From assembly GCA_963714015.1 (NCBI GenBank), contig OY970223.1, forward strand, positions 640,001-704,000: 64,000 bases of DNA, given 5' to 3'. This document shows, one piece after another, positions 19,860 through 30,232 of this stretch. The stretch is from Vulcanimicrobiota bacterium. GTDB lineage: Bacteria > Vulcanimicrobiota > Vulcanimicrobiia > Vulcanimicrobiales > Vulcanimicrobiaceae. The notes beneath the pieces are model-generated. The model did no database searches, was not told where the DNA came from, and worked only from the letters and a program-made list of their open reading frames with translations. Within the stretch, counting starts at the first letter, position 1; the number at the start of each line of letters is the position of its first letter. Both the position numbers and the translations under genes were made by a program.

Positions 19860-20663
19860 TCAACCGAGCGACGCTTCGCGGCGGTACTGCGAGGGCGTCA
19901 TTCCGGTCGTACGTTTGAAGAAGCGCGCGAAGTATCCCTGATCGGTAAAACCGGCGCTGAGAGCCACTTCTTGTATCGGCAGACGGCGGGAAGCCAGCAA
20001 ACGCCGGGCCTTCGCGAGCCGGCATTGCAAAAGATACGCATACGGCGTGCACCCGGTGATCGCTTTGAACTGACGCACGGAAGCAAACGGAGAGAGTCCC
20101 GTTACGGCGGCCATCTCTTGAAGTCCGATCTGTTCGCCTTGATGCTCTTCGATGAAGCGTTTGAGACGCTGCATGCGCACATACCCGGCGGTCCTCGATT
20201 CGTCCAACGAGTACCGCGACGCATAGTCGAACGCTTCGAAAATCGTCGACTCGAACCGGTCGTCTTCGCAGTCCGCGGCGCGCTGCAGCGGCCCGAGCAG
20301 ATAATAGGACGGCATGGTATCCCGTCCGAATATCCGCCGTTCCTCCGGATCGAGTGCGCCCGTGCGCAAACCGGCAATCAGGTTTATCTGCGTTTGCTGC
20401 TCCGAATGGACGCAGTCATAGGAGTCGCCCATACAGCCCAGCACTGCGGTCTGCGGATCGATCACGTGCTCGCCGTGCCTCCCCCGAAATCGCCATCTCC
20501 CGCGCAGCGTAACGTTGATGACGTGCGCGCCGAACGACTTGCCCCTTCCGGCACAATCGCGGATGCTCGAATCCGCGTACATCAGCACTGCAAGCGGCGT
20601 GACTCGAAGCGGACGCATGACGCAGCAGCCCGCGTCCGCTTCGATCTGTTCGGGACACTCCAT
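19860..20663 (-). CDS. AraC family transcriptional regulator
   Basis: C-terminal double HTH: GLSPF...FK..TG.TP..Y..CRL..ARRLL...IQEVALSAGFTDQGYFARFFKRTTGMTPSQYR. Confidence 0.92.
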   Translation of the reverse strand: MECPEQIEADAGCCVMRPLRVTPLAVLMYADSSIRDCAGRGKSFGAHVINVTLRGRWRFRGRHGEHVIDPQTAVLGCMGDSYDCVHSEQQTQINLIAGLRTGALDPEERRIFGRDTMPSYYLLGPLQRAADCEDDRFESTIFEAFDYASRYSLDESRTAGYVRMQRLKRFIEEHQGEQIGLQEMAAVTGLSPFASVRQFKAITGCTPYAYLLQCRLAKARRLLASRRLPIQEVALSAGFTDQGYFARFFKRTTGMTPSQYRREASLG

Positions 20664-20699
20664 TCTGCCCGTATAACGCGGGCGGCGTGCGGCCAGTGA

Positions 20700-21122
20700 C
20701 TAAGGAATCTGGCTGCTGGGAATCACGAATTGATAGCCGCGGCCCGGAATCGCGCTAATGTGATGGACACCGGGTTCGTGTACTGCGAGCGCGCGCCGCA
20801 ACCGATAGACGCACTGGGTGAGCGCGGCATCGCTCACCTCACGCCTGCTCCAAACGCGGCGGATGATCTCTTCCTTGGTTACGAGGTGTCCGGAAGCCCG
20901 CGCTAAGATCACGAGTAGATCGAATTCCCTGGGACGCATCCGAACGATGGCTGCGCCGAATCGCAGCGTGCGTGACGGCACGTCCAATTCGAAACCGCCG
21001 AAGCGCATGCTGCGGCCTTCCCGGGCCCAAGCGTCGTGGGCCTCTGGAAAATCTTGACCTTTCGCAAGGCGCGCCGGAGCGGAGGCGGCGACGCCGCCCC
21101 CGCTCAATTTCGGCACGATCAC
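20700..21122 (-). CDS. Stand-alone OmpR/PhoB(CadC)-type winged-helix DNA-binding protein
   Basis: RFGGFELD..RTL....REFDLL..L....G.LVTKEEI...VW...LTQCVYRLRRAL....IPGRGYQF. No receiver or sensor domain; start uncertain. Confidence 0.8.
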   Translation of the reverse strand: MIVPKLSGGGVAASAPARLAKGQDFPEAHDAWAREGRSMRFGGFELDVPSRTLRFGAAIVRMRPREFDLLVILARASGHLVTKEEIIRRVWSRREVSDAALTQCVYRLRRALAVHEPGVHHISAIPGRGYQFVIPSSQIP

Positions 21123-21123
21123 G

Positions 21124-24100
21124 TTACAACCGGCGCTGCAGGTAGAACTGGATCGTGGTACCGGCTTGATACGGCACTTGGAACGGAGAATTGGACAACG
21201 TTCCCAAGTAGTCGTCGCGAACGCCGGCGAGATACGTCGGCGTTCCCGGATACGCAGTCGCGAGCGTCCCGCTCTGCGGCCCCGAAACGCCGGTGGCTAC
21301 GGGCTGGTACTGCTGGTTGGGATACCACAGACCGTAGTGGTTGTCGAAGACGTTACTGATGTACGCCCCCAACGTCCACGGCGTTCCCTGCGGCGAGTAC
21401 TCCAGATCCAAGTCCAACGTTCCGTGCGCCTTCGTCATCTCGCCGCCCGGAAGCGCGGGTTCGTTGTAACCGCGCGATGCGGCAATGTTCGGACTCAGAT
21501 AGTTTCCGGGATTTGCCGGATCGATGAAGTAGGATGCATTGTATGGATTGCCCGGCCCCTCGGGTCCGCCAAGCGGCGTTGCCGCGCCGAAGTTCGTCGC
21601 CGGAATCCAGGCATATTGTCCATTCACCGCTCCGTACGTCTGCGATCCGACGCCCGTCGGGAATCCGCCGTCGAATGCGAAGATTGGATTGATCTTCCAT
21701 CCGTTGGCGGTCTTGAACGAGAGGCCCAGACGCCCTTGCAGCGGCGGCAGGAACGCGCTGCGGTACAACTGGCCGCTGCCGAATTCATAACCGAACAGAA
21801 TCGGCAGCGTGTCGTTGGCGAAGTTCGTTCCGCCTTCACCGACGGGCGGCGAGGACGAGAACTCGCTGATGTAATTGAGGGTTAGGAATCCGCTCAGACC
21901 CGTGGGACGATCGGGCGAAGTCAGCATGAACTCCAGACCGGAGGTCTTTTCGACTCCGTTCGCGCGCGTTGCGAAAACGAGCGCGGATGTTTGGCCGGTA
22001 ATCGGATTCGGGGGCCCGTTTGCGATCAGCGTGTTTTCTTCGACGTTGTAGCCGCGCCGCGCAAACCCGGTCAGCTTCATGCCGAATCCGCTCAACGCGC
22101 CTCTGGCGAACTGATGCGACCATTGCAGATCCCAATTGTTGTACGTCGGAGGACCGTAGCCGCCCAAATCAGGCGCATCGAAGAATTGATCGCCCAGCCA
22201 GTAGAGCGAATCAGTGTAGTTGGGGCACTTGAACAGATATCCCGTTCCGCCGTTCGGCGGCGCGGGAGAGATCGGATTCGAATTGTTGTAGCCGCTGCCG
22301 CAACCCGGGTTTGCAGCGGCGTCCTTCGCCGGCATCGAATTAAAGAACGCCGGATAGTTCTCCAAGTCGAACGGCGTTCCGGCGGTTTGCGCGAAGAAGA
22401 AGTCCACCGAACGGCCGTACGAAAACCGCAGCGCGTCATCCGTTCCGAGCTGATACGAGGCTGCGAAACGCGGCTGAAGGATCCGCGGGCGCAGGAAGGT
22501 TCCGGTCAGCAAGGACGGCGAGACGTCCGAGGGGTTCGCGAGCGCTTGCGGGGAGCTGTTGAACGGGTTTTGTCCCCAATCCAAATTGTCGAGATCTTCG
22601 CGCACTCCGTAATCGAGATGCAGGCGCGAATTAACCGTGTATTGATCGCGCAAGCCGATTCCGGCTTCGTGGAAGATCGAGTGGTGGTAGTCGATGCCGA
22701 ACGTCGGAATGCGCGGCAGCGAGCCGTTCCACAGTCCGTTGGTCAGCATGTAGTTGTAGATGTAGCAACCGCCGCTCACGGGGCACGGATTGCCCGCGCT
22801 TACCGGCTGTCCGAGTGCGGGCGGCAGATACCAATCGCTAATCGCAGGCTCGTTCGGCAGACCGATCCCGAGCGCTTGAATCGATTGATACGTCGTCTCC
22901 TGGCTGAAGCGCGGCAGATCGTCTTCGTACCGGAAGGCCAGCGTCGTAGTGTGATTCTGGCCGAACTGATGGGTCAGATCGGCCTCGCCGGAGACGCGCT
23001 GTCCGCCGGTTTCCACGAGCGTCGGAACGAAGCTCCCGCTCGTATAGTTCGTGGCGCCGCTCAACTGGTACAGATTTGCCCAGTTGAGGTTGAGGAACGT
23101 CGTGGGATTCATGTTCCACGTGTATCCCACTTTGTTGAACGTGAGCGGCTGATACGTCACTTCCTCCGGAGTAGTTGGCGCGATGTCCGTTGAGGGCACG
23201 CCCGGCAAGAGCCACACATCGGACTGGTACTCCGGCAATCCACCGGGAAAGTACCCTTCCCACGCGATGTACGAGCGCGGGTTGTACGGATAGTATGCGG
23301 CCTGCGCGAGCCCGCCGTAATTTCCGTACTGCCGCTGATCCGACTCCCGCAGCAGCCACTGCAGCGACATGTCGTTGTTGTGCCCGAAGCGGAAGACGAG
23401 ATTGTTTTGGATGTCGTCGTGATCGGTACGGCTGACGCCGAAGTATTCACCGATCGTCGAGGCGTCCACGCCGAAGGGTGCGAATTTCGGAACGGCCCGC
23501 GAACCGTCGTACGAGAAGTAATCGCTGATGCGGTTGTTCGGCGTTGCCCAAGCGTAGCTCGCATCCAACTGATGGTCGAAGTACGGTTCGCCGGCGAGCG
23601 CGCTTACGAGTCCCGACGCCGGATAGGTTCCGCGCGGCGGAACGATGTTGATCACGCCTGCGCCGATGTTGCCTTGCGTTGCATCGCCGGATCCCGAGAC
23701 CACTTGCAGCGAGCCGCCGGAGCCGCCCGTGAGGTTGTTCAGGAATCCGCTGGATCCGTTGCCGTCGAAGAACGGCACCGTGAAGTTTACGCCGTCGTAC
23801 TGATAGCCCAGTTCGACGTTGAGCGAACCGCGGACGGTGACGTTGCCTTGAACGTCTTGCATCGCGCCCGGAGCCGCCAGGATGAGGTTCTGCTCGTTGT
23901 CGGAAGCGACGTTGCCGAGCGCCTCCGTGATGCGTTGACCGCTTATCGTCGTCACATCCTGTGTTTGCGTCGGCTGAAACGCACCGTTGCGCGCTCGGGA
24001 AACGACGTGCGCGATCGTCGCGTACTTAGCCAGCCGGATTACTCCGGTGCTGTCCGTCTCGTCGCCGAAGACCGCGACCCCGGGCTGCGAAACCGAGTCG

Positions 24101-24396
24101 TAGCCGGCTTTCGTGAACGATACGGTATACGTGTCGGCGGGGAGACCCAAAATGGAAAAATGGCCTCCCGCGTCCGTTCTCGCGTTGTAGGAACCCGAAG
24201 GTGAACGTGCGATGACAGCGACGTCAGCAAGCGGCTGGGACGTCGATGCATCGATAACTTGCCCGGACAGGTTGCCTTGAACGCCGCCCGCAGCGTATGC
24301 GGGAGCAGCGATCGAGAGTATACTGCCGAGCACGAGGGCGGCCGCAAGGCATAATGCCATAGGCCTCCCGCGGCCGAAGCCGATCTTTGAAGGCAT
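21124..24396 (-). CDS. TonB-dependent receptor-like outer membrane protein with N-terminal carboxypeptidase-regulatory-like domain
   Basis: GAGGAG RBS, signal peptide, GNLSGQVID...TDAGGHFSILGLPADTYTV, plug motif VTVRG, and a long aromatic-rich beta-barrel (LDYGVR, QPRFAASY). Confidence 0.85.
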   Translation of the reverse strand: MPSKIGFGRGRPMALCLAAALVLGSILSIAAPAYAAGGVQGNLSGQVIDASTSQPLADVAVIARSPSGSYNARTDAGGHFSILGLPADTYTVSFTKAGYDSVSQPGVAVFGDETDSTGVIRLAKYATIAHVVSRARNGAFQPTQTQDVTTISGQRITEALGNVASDNEQNLILAAPGAMQDVQGNVTVRGSLNVELGYQYDGVNFTVPFFDGNGSSGFLNNLTGGSGGSLQVVSGSGDATQGNIGAGVINIVPPRGTYPASGLVSALAGEPYFDHQLDASYAWATPNNRISDYFSYDGSRAVPKFAPFGVDASTIGEYFGVSRTDHDDIQNNLVFRFGHNNDMSLQWLLRESDQRQYGNYGGLAQAAYYPYNPRSYIAWEGYFPGGLPEYQSDVWLLPGVPSTDIAPTTPEEVTYQPLTFNKVGYTWNMNPTTFLNLNWANLYQLSGATNYTSGSFVPTLVETGGQRVSGEADLTHQFGQNHTTTLAFRYEDDLPRFSQETTYQSIQALGIGLPNEPAISDWYLPPALGQPVSAGNPCPVSGGCYIYNYMLTNGLWNGSLPRIPTFGIDYHHSIFHEAGIGLRDQYTVNSRLHLDYGVREDLDNLDWGQNPFNSSPQALANPSDVSPSLLTGTFLRPRILQPRFAASYQLGTDDALRFSYGRSVDFFFAQTAGTPFDLENYPAFFNSMPAKDAAANPGCGSGYNNSNPISPAPPNGGTGYLFKCPNYTDSLYWLGDQFFDAPDLGGYGPPTYNNWDLQWSHQFARGALSGFGMKLTGFARRGYNVEENTLIANGPPNPITGQTSALVFATRANGVEKTSGLEFMLTSPDRPTGLSGFLTLNYISEFSSSPPVGEGGTNFANDTLPILFGYEFGSGQLYRSAFLPPLQGRLGLSFKTANGWKINPIFAFDGGFPTGVGSQTYGAVNGQYAWIPATNFGAATPLGGPEGPGNPYNASYFIDPANPGNYLSPNIAASRGYNEPALPGGEMTKAHGTLDLDLEYSPQGTPWTLGAYISNVFDNHYGLWYPNQQYQPVATGVSGPQSGTLATAYPGTPTYLAGVRDDYLGTLSNSPFQVPYQAGTTIQFYLQRRL

Positions 24397-24544
24397 AAAT
24401 GTACTCCTCAAAAGTAGACGGCGTCGCAGCCACGGCGTGCGGTGAACTCTATCCTTGTTACGAATTCGCGCGCGCTGCGGAAGTGCGCCGTTCATTAGAA
24501 CGCGCCGGAAGGTGCGCTCGTGATTCAGTATGCGGCCCGGCGCT

Positions 24545-24560
24545 CTAACATGTCCTAACA
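24545..24560. promoter_or_regulatory. Direct repeat CTAACA-N4-CTAACA, possible OmpR/PhoB-family site
   Basis: Hexamer repeat with 10-bp period in the divergent intergenic region upstream of the receptor gene. Confidence 0.35.
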
Positions 24561-24643
24561 GGCCGGCGTTTGTATTGGGACGATATTGACGACGTGCGAA
24601 GAGTGCTTCGGTAAACGCCGGTTGCGTATGCTAGAATCGTCGC

Positions 24644-25114
24644 GTGAAAATCGTCATTGCGGCAGGGCTTGCCGGCGCGGCAGCGATCGACTTGTACTTG
24701 ACCGTCATTCATGCCGTCGTCTTGCACGATGCGAGCGCTCTTGCAGTGCAGCAGTGGGACGCCTCGAATGCGTTGGGTCCGGCGGCTTTTGCGCAGCCGG
24801 CTTCGGCGTGGCTCGGCTTTTGCATGCACGCGCTCGTAAGCATCGGGTGGGCGGCGATCTACGTCTTAGCGAGCGCGCGCCTTCCCGTACTGCGCGCCAA
24901 TTACTTGGTGTCGGGGACGATCTTGGGGATCGCCGCATTCTTAGTCATGCGCTACGCCGTGGTACCGCTGGGACACGCGCAATTAGGAGGCATCCACACC
25001 TTCGGCGCACTGATTAATCTGCTCGTCGCGCACACGATCTTCTTCGGCATACCGCTGGTCGCAACCGTCGACTGGATGCGCCGCACTGCGGCGAACGCCG
25101 TTACTGCGCGCTAA
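24644..25114 (+). CDS. Hypothetical membrane protein (about 4 TM)
   Basis: Hydrophobic helices with H..VS..WA and AHTIFFGIP; TAGAAT-like -10 just before the GTG. Confidence 0.7.
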   Translation: MKIVIAAGLAGAAAIDLYLTVIHAVVLHDASALAVQQWDASNALGPAAFAQPASAWLGFCMHALVSIGWAAIYVLASARLPVLRANYLVSGTILGIAAFLVMRYAVVPLGHAQLGGIHTFGALINLLVAHTIFFGIPLVATVDWMRRTAANAVTAR

Positions 25115-25832
25115 GGCGCACGAGCATCTCTTCGTCGTCGAGGCGCTGAAGATCCGACGTTACGCGCGATCGAACGAGATCCGCGATGCGCATCGCCAAC
25201 TGCGTCCGCACCGAAGGCGAGAGGCTCTTACGGCGAGCCACGAACTGCTCGATCAGCGCGTGTTCCCTTTCCGAGAGCAGCGGAGAACGGGGCACTTCCC
25301 CGGACTGGGCCAGCAGTGCTTCGAGTGAGTCAATGCGCGAATTCCGCACGACGACCGTCCCCGCCGCCATATCCCCGAGGCGTTTGTTTTCGGCCGAGAC
25401 GATGCACGCGACCGCGCTCATCGCGTAAAAGCCGAGCGTCGCTTCGCCGACGCGAATAAGATTGCGGATCGCGGAACTGGCAAAGTCGATCGGATATCCG
25501 CCGTCGCGCACGACCCGCAAACCAAGCAATTTTTTCCCAGGCGTTTGGCCGTTCCAAGACGCTTCGAAAGCGATGAAGTATCCGAAGAAGACGATAAAGA
25601 CGATGAACGCAAGAATCGCTTCCGCGACCGATTGACTCGCCTTCGATAGCGTGCCGGCCGGCAAGTGCACGGTTCCGGAGGCCGCCCATGAAATGCCCAG
25701 CAGAATCGCGGTTAGAATTGCAAGTTGAATGACGAAGTCCACGACCACCGCGAGAAACCGGCTCCCCAACCCCGCCAGATCGTACGAGAAGGCAATGCTT
25801 TCGGGGGTGTGCACGTTCAAACTGCGATCCAT
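25101..25832 (-). CDS. RDD family protein
   Basis: TPE....LAGLGSRFLAVVVD, GQTPGK...LRVV, IRNLIR and KRLGDMAAGTVV. Confidence 0.92.
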   Translation of the reverse strand: MDRSLNVHTPESIAFSYDLAGLGSRFLAVVVDFVIQLAILTAILLGISWAASGTVHLPAGTLSKASQSVAEAILAFIVFIVFFGYFIAFEASWNGQTPGKKLLGLRVVRDGGYPIDFASSAIRNLIRVGEATLGFYAMSAVACIVSAENKRLGDMAAGTVVVRNSRIDSLEALLAQSGEVPRSPLLSEREHALIEQFVARRKSLSPSVRTQLAMRIADLVRSRVTSDLQRLDDEEMLVRLSAQ

Positions 25833-25894
25833 CGCGTTTTCTCTTCGGCCGTCAGCAGATGAAGCCCCGCGCATTCCGTCGAAGCAGCCGCGCC

Positions 25895-26965
25895 GTGGAT
25901 CAACGTACGTTCATACGCCGGCGTTCGAGCGCGTGGGAACGGCTCGAACTGCTGCTGGCGCGCACCGAGCGGCAAGGTCTGAGCAAGCTCGATGCGGCCG
26001 AGATGTTCGAAATGGGGCGTCTTTACCGTTGCGTTACGTCGGATTTGGCGTACGCACAAGGGCACAGCTTCGACGTCCGCACGCAGCAGTATCTGAACCG
26101 GTTGACGGCACGCGCTCACGCTTACGTCTACGGCGCCGGGGTTCAGGGCGGACGCGCCCGCATCGCGCGGTTCTTCTCGCATACGTTTCCTGCCGAGTTC
26201 CGCCGGTCTTGGCCATACATCGCTACGTGCATTGCATTGACGGTGCTTTGGGCTTGCGTTTCGTACGGCATCGTGCAACGCAATCCCGCGGATGCCACCG
26301 CGCTGCTCCCCGAATCCATGGTCCCCGCGCATATCACCAAGAGCCTGCATGACTCGAATTTCGGCTTTTCGTCCACGGACTCGGCGGCGATGTCGTCGTT
26401 CATCATCACGAACAACATCCGCGTCAGCGTCCTGGCCTTTGCGGCGGGAATCGTGACGCTCGGCGTCTTTACGATCTACGTGATAGTCTTGAACGCGCTG
26501 ATGCTCGGAGCTTTGGGTGCGCTGTACGCGCAAGCCGGATTCGGCCCCGATTTCTGGGCGACCATTGCACCGCACGGGGTCATCGAACTGACCGCGATTC
26601 AAATTGCGGGCGGCGCGGGACTGCTTATGGCTGCAGGCGTTCTGCTTCCGGGACGCATGCGGCGCAGAGAGGCAATCGTTCGCAACGGGAGGCGCGCGGG
26701 AATTCTGGCCGGCGGGGTCGTCGCGATGCTGTGCGTCGCGGGAACCATCGAGGGCTTTTTTTCGCCGCTCCGTTTTCCGGCGGACGTCCGTGCCGGCGTC
26801 GGAATCCTTACGGCGGCCTTGCTGGTCGCATACTTCGGCTTTGCCGGACGCGATCGGATCGGGCCGGGTGCGCTAAAGCAGAGCGCGCTGTTTGATGCGC
26901 AAGTAGCGGTCGATGAGCGCGGTGGTGAGATCGCCGGCCGGAACGTCGATCACCTGCACGCCTAA
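25895..26965 (+). CDS. SpoIIM/DUF95 family membrane protein
   Basis: W..LE.LL, LYR...SDLA, YLNRL, IITNNIRV, PHGVIELTAI and AGTIEGF. The 3' end is uncertain: a +1 correction would stop it at 26876. Confidence 0.88.
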   Translation: MDQRTFIRRRSSAWERLELLLARTERQGLSKLDAAEMFEMGRLYRCVTSDLAYAQGHSFDVRTQQYLNRLTARAHAYVYGAGVQGGRARIARFFSHTFPAEFRRSWPYIATCIALTVLWACVSYGIVQRNPADATALLPESMVPAHITKSLHDSNFGFSSTDSAAMSSFIITNNIRVSVLAFAAGIVTLGVFTIYVIVLNALMLGALGALYAQAGFGPDFWATIAPHGVIELTAIQIAGGAGLLMAAGVLLPGRMRRREAIVRNGRRAGILAGGVVAMLCVAGTIEGFFSPLRFPADVRAGVGILTAALLVAYFGFAGRDRIGPGALKQSALFDAQVAVDERGGEIAGRNVDHLHA

Positions 26966-28213
26966 GCGCGAAAGCGTCGCAGCGGCGGTTCGCCTCTCGT
27001 CTCGCAGCTCGAGCGCCACGGCCGCGGCATACGCATCCGAGGGTGAGCGCTGTTCCGACGACATCGCGCGATCGATCGCGGCGTCGTTCATAAAAGCGCA
27101 GACGACCAAATGCTGCCGGCACAGCGTGCCGATTTGCGCGAGCACCGAACTTTGGGCCGCCGGATCCACCATGTCCGTAAAGAAGATGACCAGGCTGCGT
27201 TTACGGACGTGCGCTCGAACGTACGCAAAGGCGCGGTCGTAGTCGGACTCTTCAAACGCGGGCTCGACGTCGTAGAGTTCTTCGGCAATACGCGAGAGCG
27301 ATTTGCCCGCTGCCCGCGGCGCGAACGCGCGCCGGATCTCGCGCGAAAAAGCGACGACGCCGACCTTGTCGTTCGCCAGGCTTGCGATCGAAGCAACGGA
27401 GAGCGCGGCCGTGACGGCATAATCGAACTTACGCTGATTACCGACGCGCGGCGTCATGAGGCGCCCCGCGTCCAGCAGAATCATTACGTTCTGGCTGCGC
27501 TCCACTTCGTATTGCGCAACCATGAGGCGGCCGCGGCGAGCGGTGGCTTTCCAATTGATCGCTCGAAACGCGTCTCCGGTTGTGAATTCCCGCACGCTCT
27601 CCGGCTCGGTTCCGGAGCCGCGCAGCCGCATTTTGCGCAGACCGCTTTCGATCAAACGATTGCGAACGTGCAGCGTGCCGTAGCGCTCAACTGCAGAAAG
27701 GTCCGGATAGACGCGGATCGGCAACGGCAGCGAGCGCCGTACGCGCCGCCTGATCAGGCCGATGGGATTCTCGAACCACACGAAGAGCTCGTCCAAGCCG
27801 GCGCTGCCGCGCGCCACCGGCGTTACGGGCCGCTCCAAAAGCACTTCGCTTTTTGCCGGGACGTAAGCACGCAGCTCGTCGGCGTCGTAGTTCAGCAGCG
27901 GTACCGGCGCCTCCAAGACGCCGATGCGCACCGCCGCTGCGCTTTCGTTGCGGACTCGATAGGCGATCTGTGCGGAACGCCGCAGCGAGAAGGGCTCGGG
28001 CGCAACGCGTTCGATGCGCAGACGCCGCCCCGGCGGACCGATTGCCGCATCGGCGATCGCGCAGATCGCCGTCGCGCCGGCCGCAGCATAGGCAAGCCAC
28101 AAAAGCGGAGGCGCTGCTGCACCCGCGGCAAGCAATACGGCAATCGCCGCGATGCACCAATACGCGCGCGGAGAAGGCCAGGCCGGCACTCTCAGGCGAT
28201 CAGCTCGTTTCAC
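26873..28213 (-). CDS. DUF58 (vWA-like) protein, MoxR partner
   Basis: RVYPDL, GTEPESVREF..GD..R.INWKATARRG and LLDAGRLM. Confidence 0.92.
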   Translation of the reverse strand: MKRADRLRVPAWPSPRAYWCIAAIAVLLAAGAAAPPLLWLAYAAAGATAICAIADAAIGPPGRRLRIERVAPEPFSLRRSAQIAYRVRNESAAAVRIGVLEAPVPLLNYDADELRAYVPAKSEVLLERPVTPVARGSAGLDELFVWFENPIGLIRRRVRRSLPLPIRVYPDLSAVERYGTLHVRNRLIESGLRKMRLRGSGTEPESVREFTTGDAFRAINWKATARRGRLMVAQYEVERSQNVMILLDAGRLMTPRVGNQRKFDYAVTAALSVASIASLANDKVGVVAFSREIRRAFAPRAAGKSLSRIAEELYDVEPAFEESDYDRAFAYVRAHVRKRSLVIFFTDMVDPAAQSSVLAQIGTLCRQHLVVCAFMNDAAIDRAMSSEQRSPSDAYAAAVALELRDERRTAAATLSRLGVQVIDVPAGDLTTALIDRYLRIKQRALL

Positions 28214-29162
28214 GCGGAACCGGAACGCTCAGCAGAATCTCGTCGACCACGGCGCTCGCGCGCAATCCATCGATCTCCGCTTGCGGCTGCACGATGAGCC
28301 GATGTCCAAGCACGAGCGGTGCGATATTCTTGACGTCGTCGGGCGTTGCATAATCGCGAGCGTCGATTGCGGCCGCTGCTTGCGCCGCAACCAGAAGCGA
28401 AACGCCCGCGCGAGGACTCGCACCCAAAGACAGCCGGCGATGCGCACGCGTGGCTTCGACCACGTCCAAGACATAGCGCTGCACCGGGACGGAAACGTGC
28501 ACCCGGCGCACTTGCGCCTGCGCGAGTTCGATGTCTTCGGTGGAGGCAACCGGCGCAATCTCGCCGGGCTCGACGGCACGCGCGTCAAAGCCGCCGGCAA
28601 CTCGCGCCAACAGCTCCAATTCGTGCTCGCGGCTCGGATAACCGGATTCTATCTTCACCAGAAAGCGATCGAGCTGAGCTTCAGGAAGCGGATACGTGCC
28701 TTCGTATTCGATCGGATTCTGCGTGGCGCAGACGAAGAAGGGACGGGGCAGCGCGAACAGCGTTCCGTCGATGGTGACGTGACCTTCCTCCATCGCTTCG
28801 AGCAGCGCCGACTGCGTTTTCGGCGGCGTGCGGTTAATCTCGTCGGCGAGCAGGACGTTGGTCATCACCGGTCCCGTTCGCGTCGAAAATTGGGCGGTTT
28901 GCGGGTTGAACACCGTCGTGCCGGTCAAATCGGCCGGTACCAAATCCGGCGTGAACTGCACGCGCCGGTATTGCGCGCGAACGAGCGCCGCAAATGCGCG
29001 AACGGTGAGCGTTTTACCCGTTCCCGGAACGCCTTCGAGGAGTGCGTGACCTCGGCTAAAGAGCGCGACGAGCAGCGCGAACAACGTTCGCTCGCCGCCC
29101 ACGACGATGCCGTTCATCGCCTCGCCGATGCGCGCAGAAAGCTCCTCGGCGGAAGCGCTCAC
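28200..29162 (-). CDS. MoxR family AAA+ ATPase
   Basis: HALLEGVPGTGKT, RVQFTPDL.PAD, LADEINRTPPKTQSALLEAMEE and YPLPEAQLDRF; GTGA coupling. Confidence 0.96.
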   Translation of the reverse strand: MSASAEELSARIGEAMNGIVVGGERTLFALLVALFSRGHALLEGVPGTGKTLTVRAFAALVRAQYRRVQFTPDLVPADLTGTTVFNPQTAQFSTRTGPVMTNVLLADEINRTPPKTQSALLEAMEEGHVTIDGTLFALPRPFFVCATQNPIEYEGTYPLPEAQLDRFLVKIESGYPSREHELELLARVAGGFDARAVEPGEIAPVASTEDIELAQAQVRRVHVSVPVQRYVLDVVEATRAHRRLSLGASPRAGVSLLVAAQAAAAIDARDYATPDDVKNIAPLVLGHRLIVQPQAEIDGLRASAVVDEILLSVPVPRETS

Positions 29163-30232
29163 GTTCCATACTCCTTCTGCACGCAGGCAAAAATGCGGCC
29201 GGCGGCGGCAACGTCCTCCGCACGCGGATCGTACACTTCTTGCAGCGCTCGAGCCTGCGACGCCAGCGTTCGCGCTTTTTCGTCGCCTTGAGCGAGCGGC
29301 GTCACGACCGCCAAAGCATAGCGGCAAAGCCGCCGAATGACGTCGCGCCGCGCGCCGCCGCGCTCGAGCATACGGGAAAGCGAGGAGATATACTCACCGG
29401 AGTCGCGCTCGCCCGCAGAGCGTATTTCATACGGCGGTGCGAACGGCAGATTTTCCCCGGTGACGGCGACGAGGACCGCGGCGCAGGCAAGCAGGATTGC
29501 CCATTGCATCGCAAACGGCAGCACGCTCCAGAAGCTCTTTCCGGCCGCGTGTCCGTAGATACGCTCTTCGAACGCCACCGGACCGCCGCCTGAAAAGAGC
29601 GCATACGCGAATGCCGCATTGTCGCGCTTAGCCAGATGGGCGTTGTCGAAGATCGACGGCGAAGCGATCCACACGATCGTCCCGCGGCCGTGAACGAATG
29701 CGGCGCCTACGGCATACCGCCCGGAAACGAGCAGCGACGAACGTTTGGAAGTGCAGCCGCGAGGCAGACCGGCACCGAAATCGCCGGCGACTCGGAGCAT
29801 TCGCGTTCGGCCTGCCATGCCGCATGCGGCGTACCCGGACGCACCTTTGAGTGAAGCCGCTCGAGGCAAGCCGAAGTCGTTCGGAGCGAAGCTCCCCAGC
29901 ACGAGCAGTCTACCGCCGGCGCGGATCCAATCATCGATCGCCCGGCGCTGTTGTTTGCCGCCGGCCAGTGCATCGATCTCGCCGTCTCCGGCGACGGCCA
30001 GCGTCCCATGCTGCGCGAAAAGCTGCGTCAACGGCGTTTCGAAGCGGCCAACCGCGATCTTTTCACGTGCGAGCAGCGAGTAGAGCGCCGCGTAGCCGGA
30101 CTGGCCGGTATCGTAAGTGGACGGCACGGACGGGCTTTGCGTCGAAATGGAAGCGCGCAGCAAAGCCAAAACGGCAAGGACAATTACGGCGACCGTGAGA
30201 GCGGCGACGTCGCCGCGGGACTTACGCTGCAT
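29159..30232 (-). CDS. DUF4350 domain protein
   Basis: N-terminal TM, PSTY.....GYAALY.LL, WIRAGGRLLV and IFDN..L...DN; typical MoxR-cluster position. Confidence 0.8.
   Translation of the reverse strand: MQRKSRGDVAALTVAVIVLAVLALLRASISTQSPSVPSTYDTGQSGYAALYSLLAREKIAVGRFETPLTQLFAQHGTLAVAGDGEIDALAGGKQQRRAIDDWIRAGGRLLVLGSFAPNDFGLPRAASLKGASGYAACGMAGRTRMLRVAGDFGAGLPRGCTSKRSSLLVSGRYAVGAAFVHGRGTIVWIASPSIFDNAHLAKRDNAAFAYALFSGGGPVAFEERIYGHAAGKSFWSVLPFAMQWAILLACAAVLVAVTGENLPFAPPYEIRSAGERDSGEYISSLSRMLERGGARRDVIRRLCRYALAVVTPLAQGDEKARTLASQARALQEVYDPRAEDVAAAGRIFACVQKEYGT

Noticed and set aside
25895..26965. SpoIIM hit as evidence of sporulation
   Set aside because: This DUF95-type protein is a routine member of RDD/MoxR/DUF58 clusters in non-sporulating bacteria.
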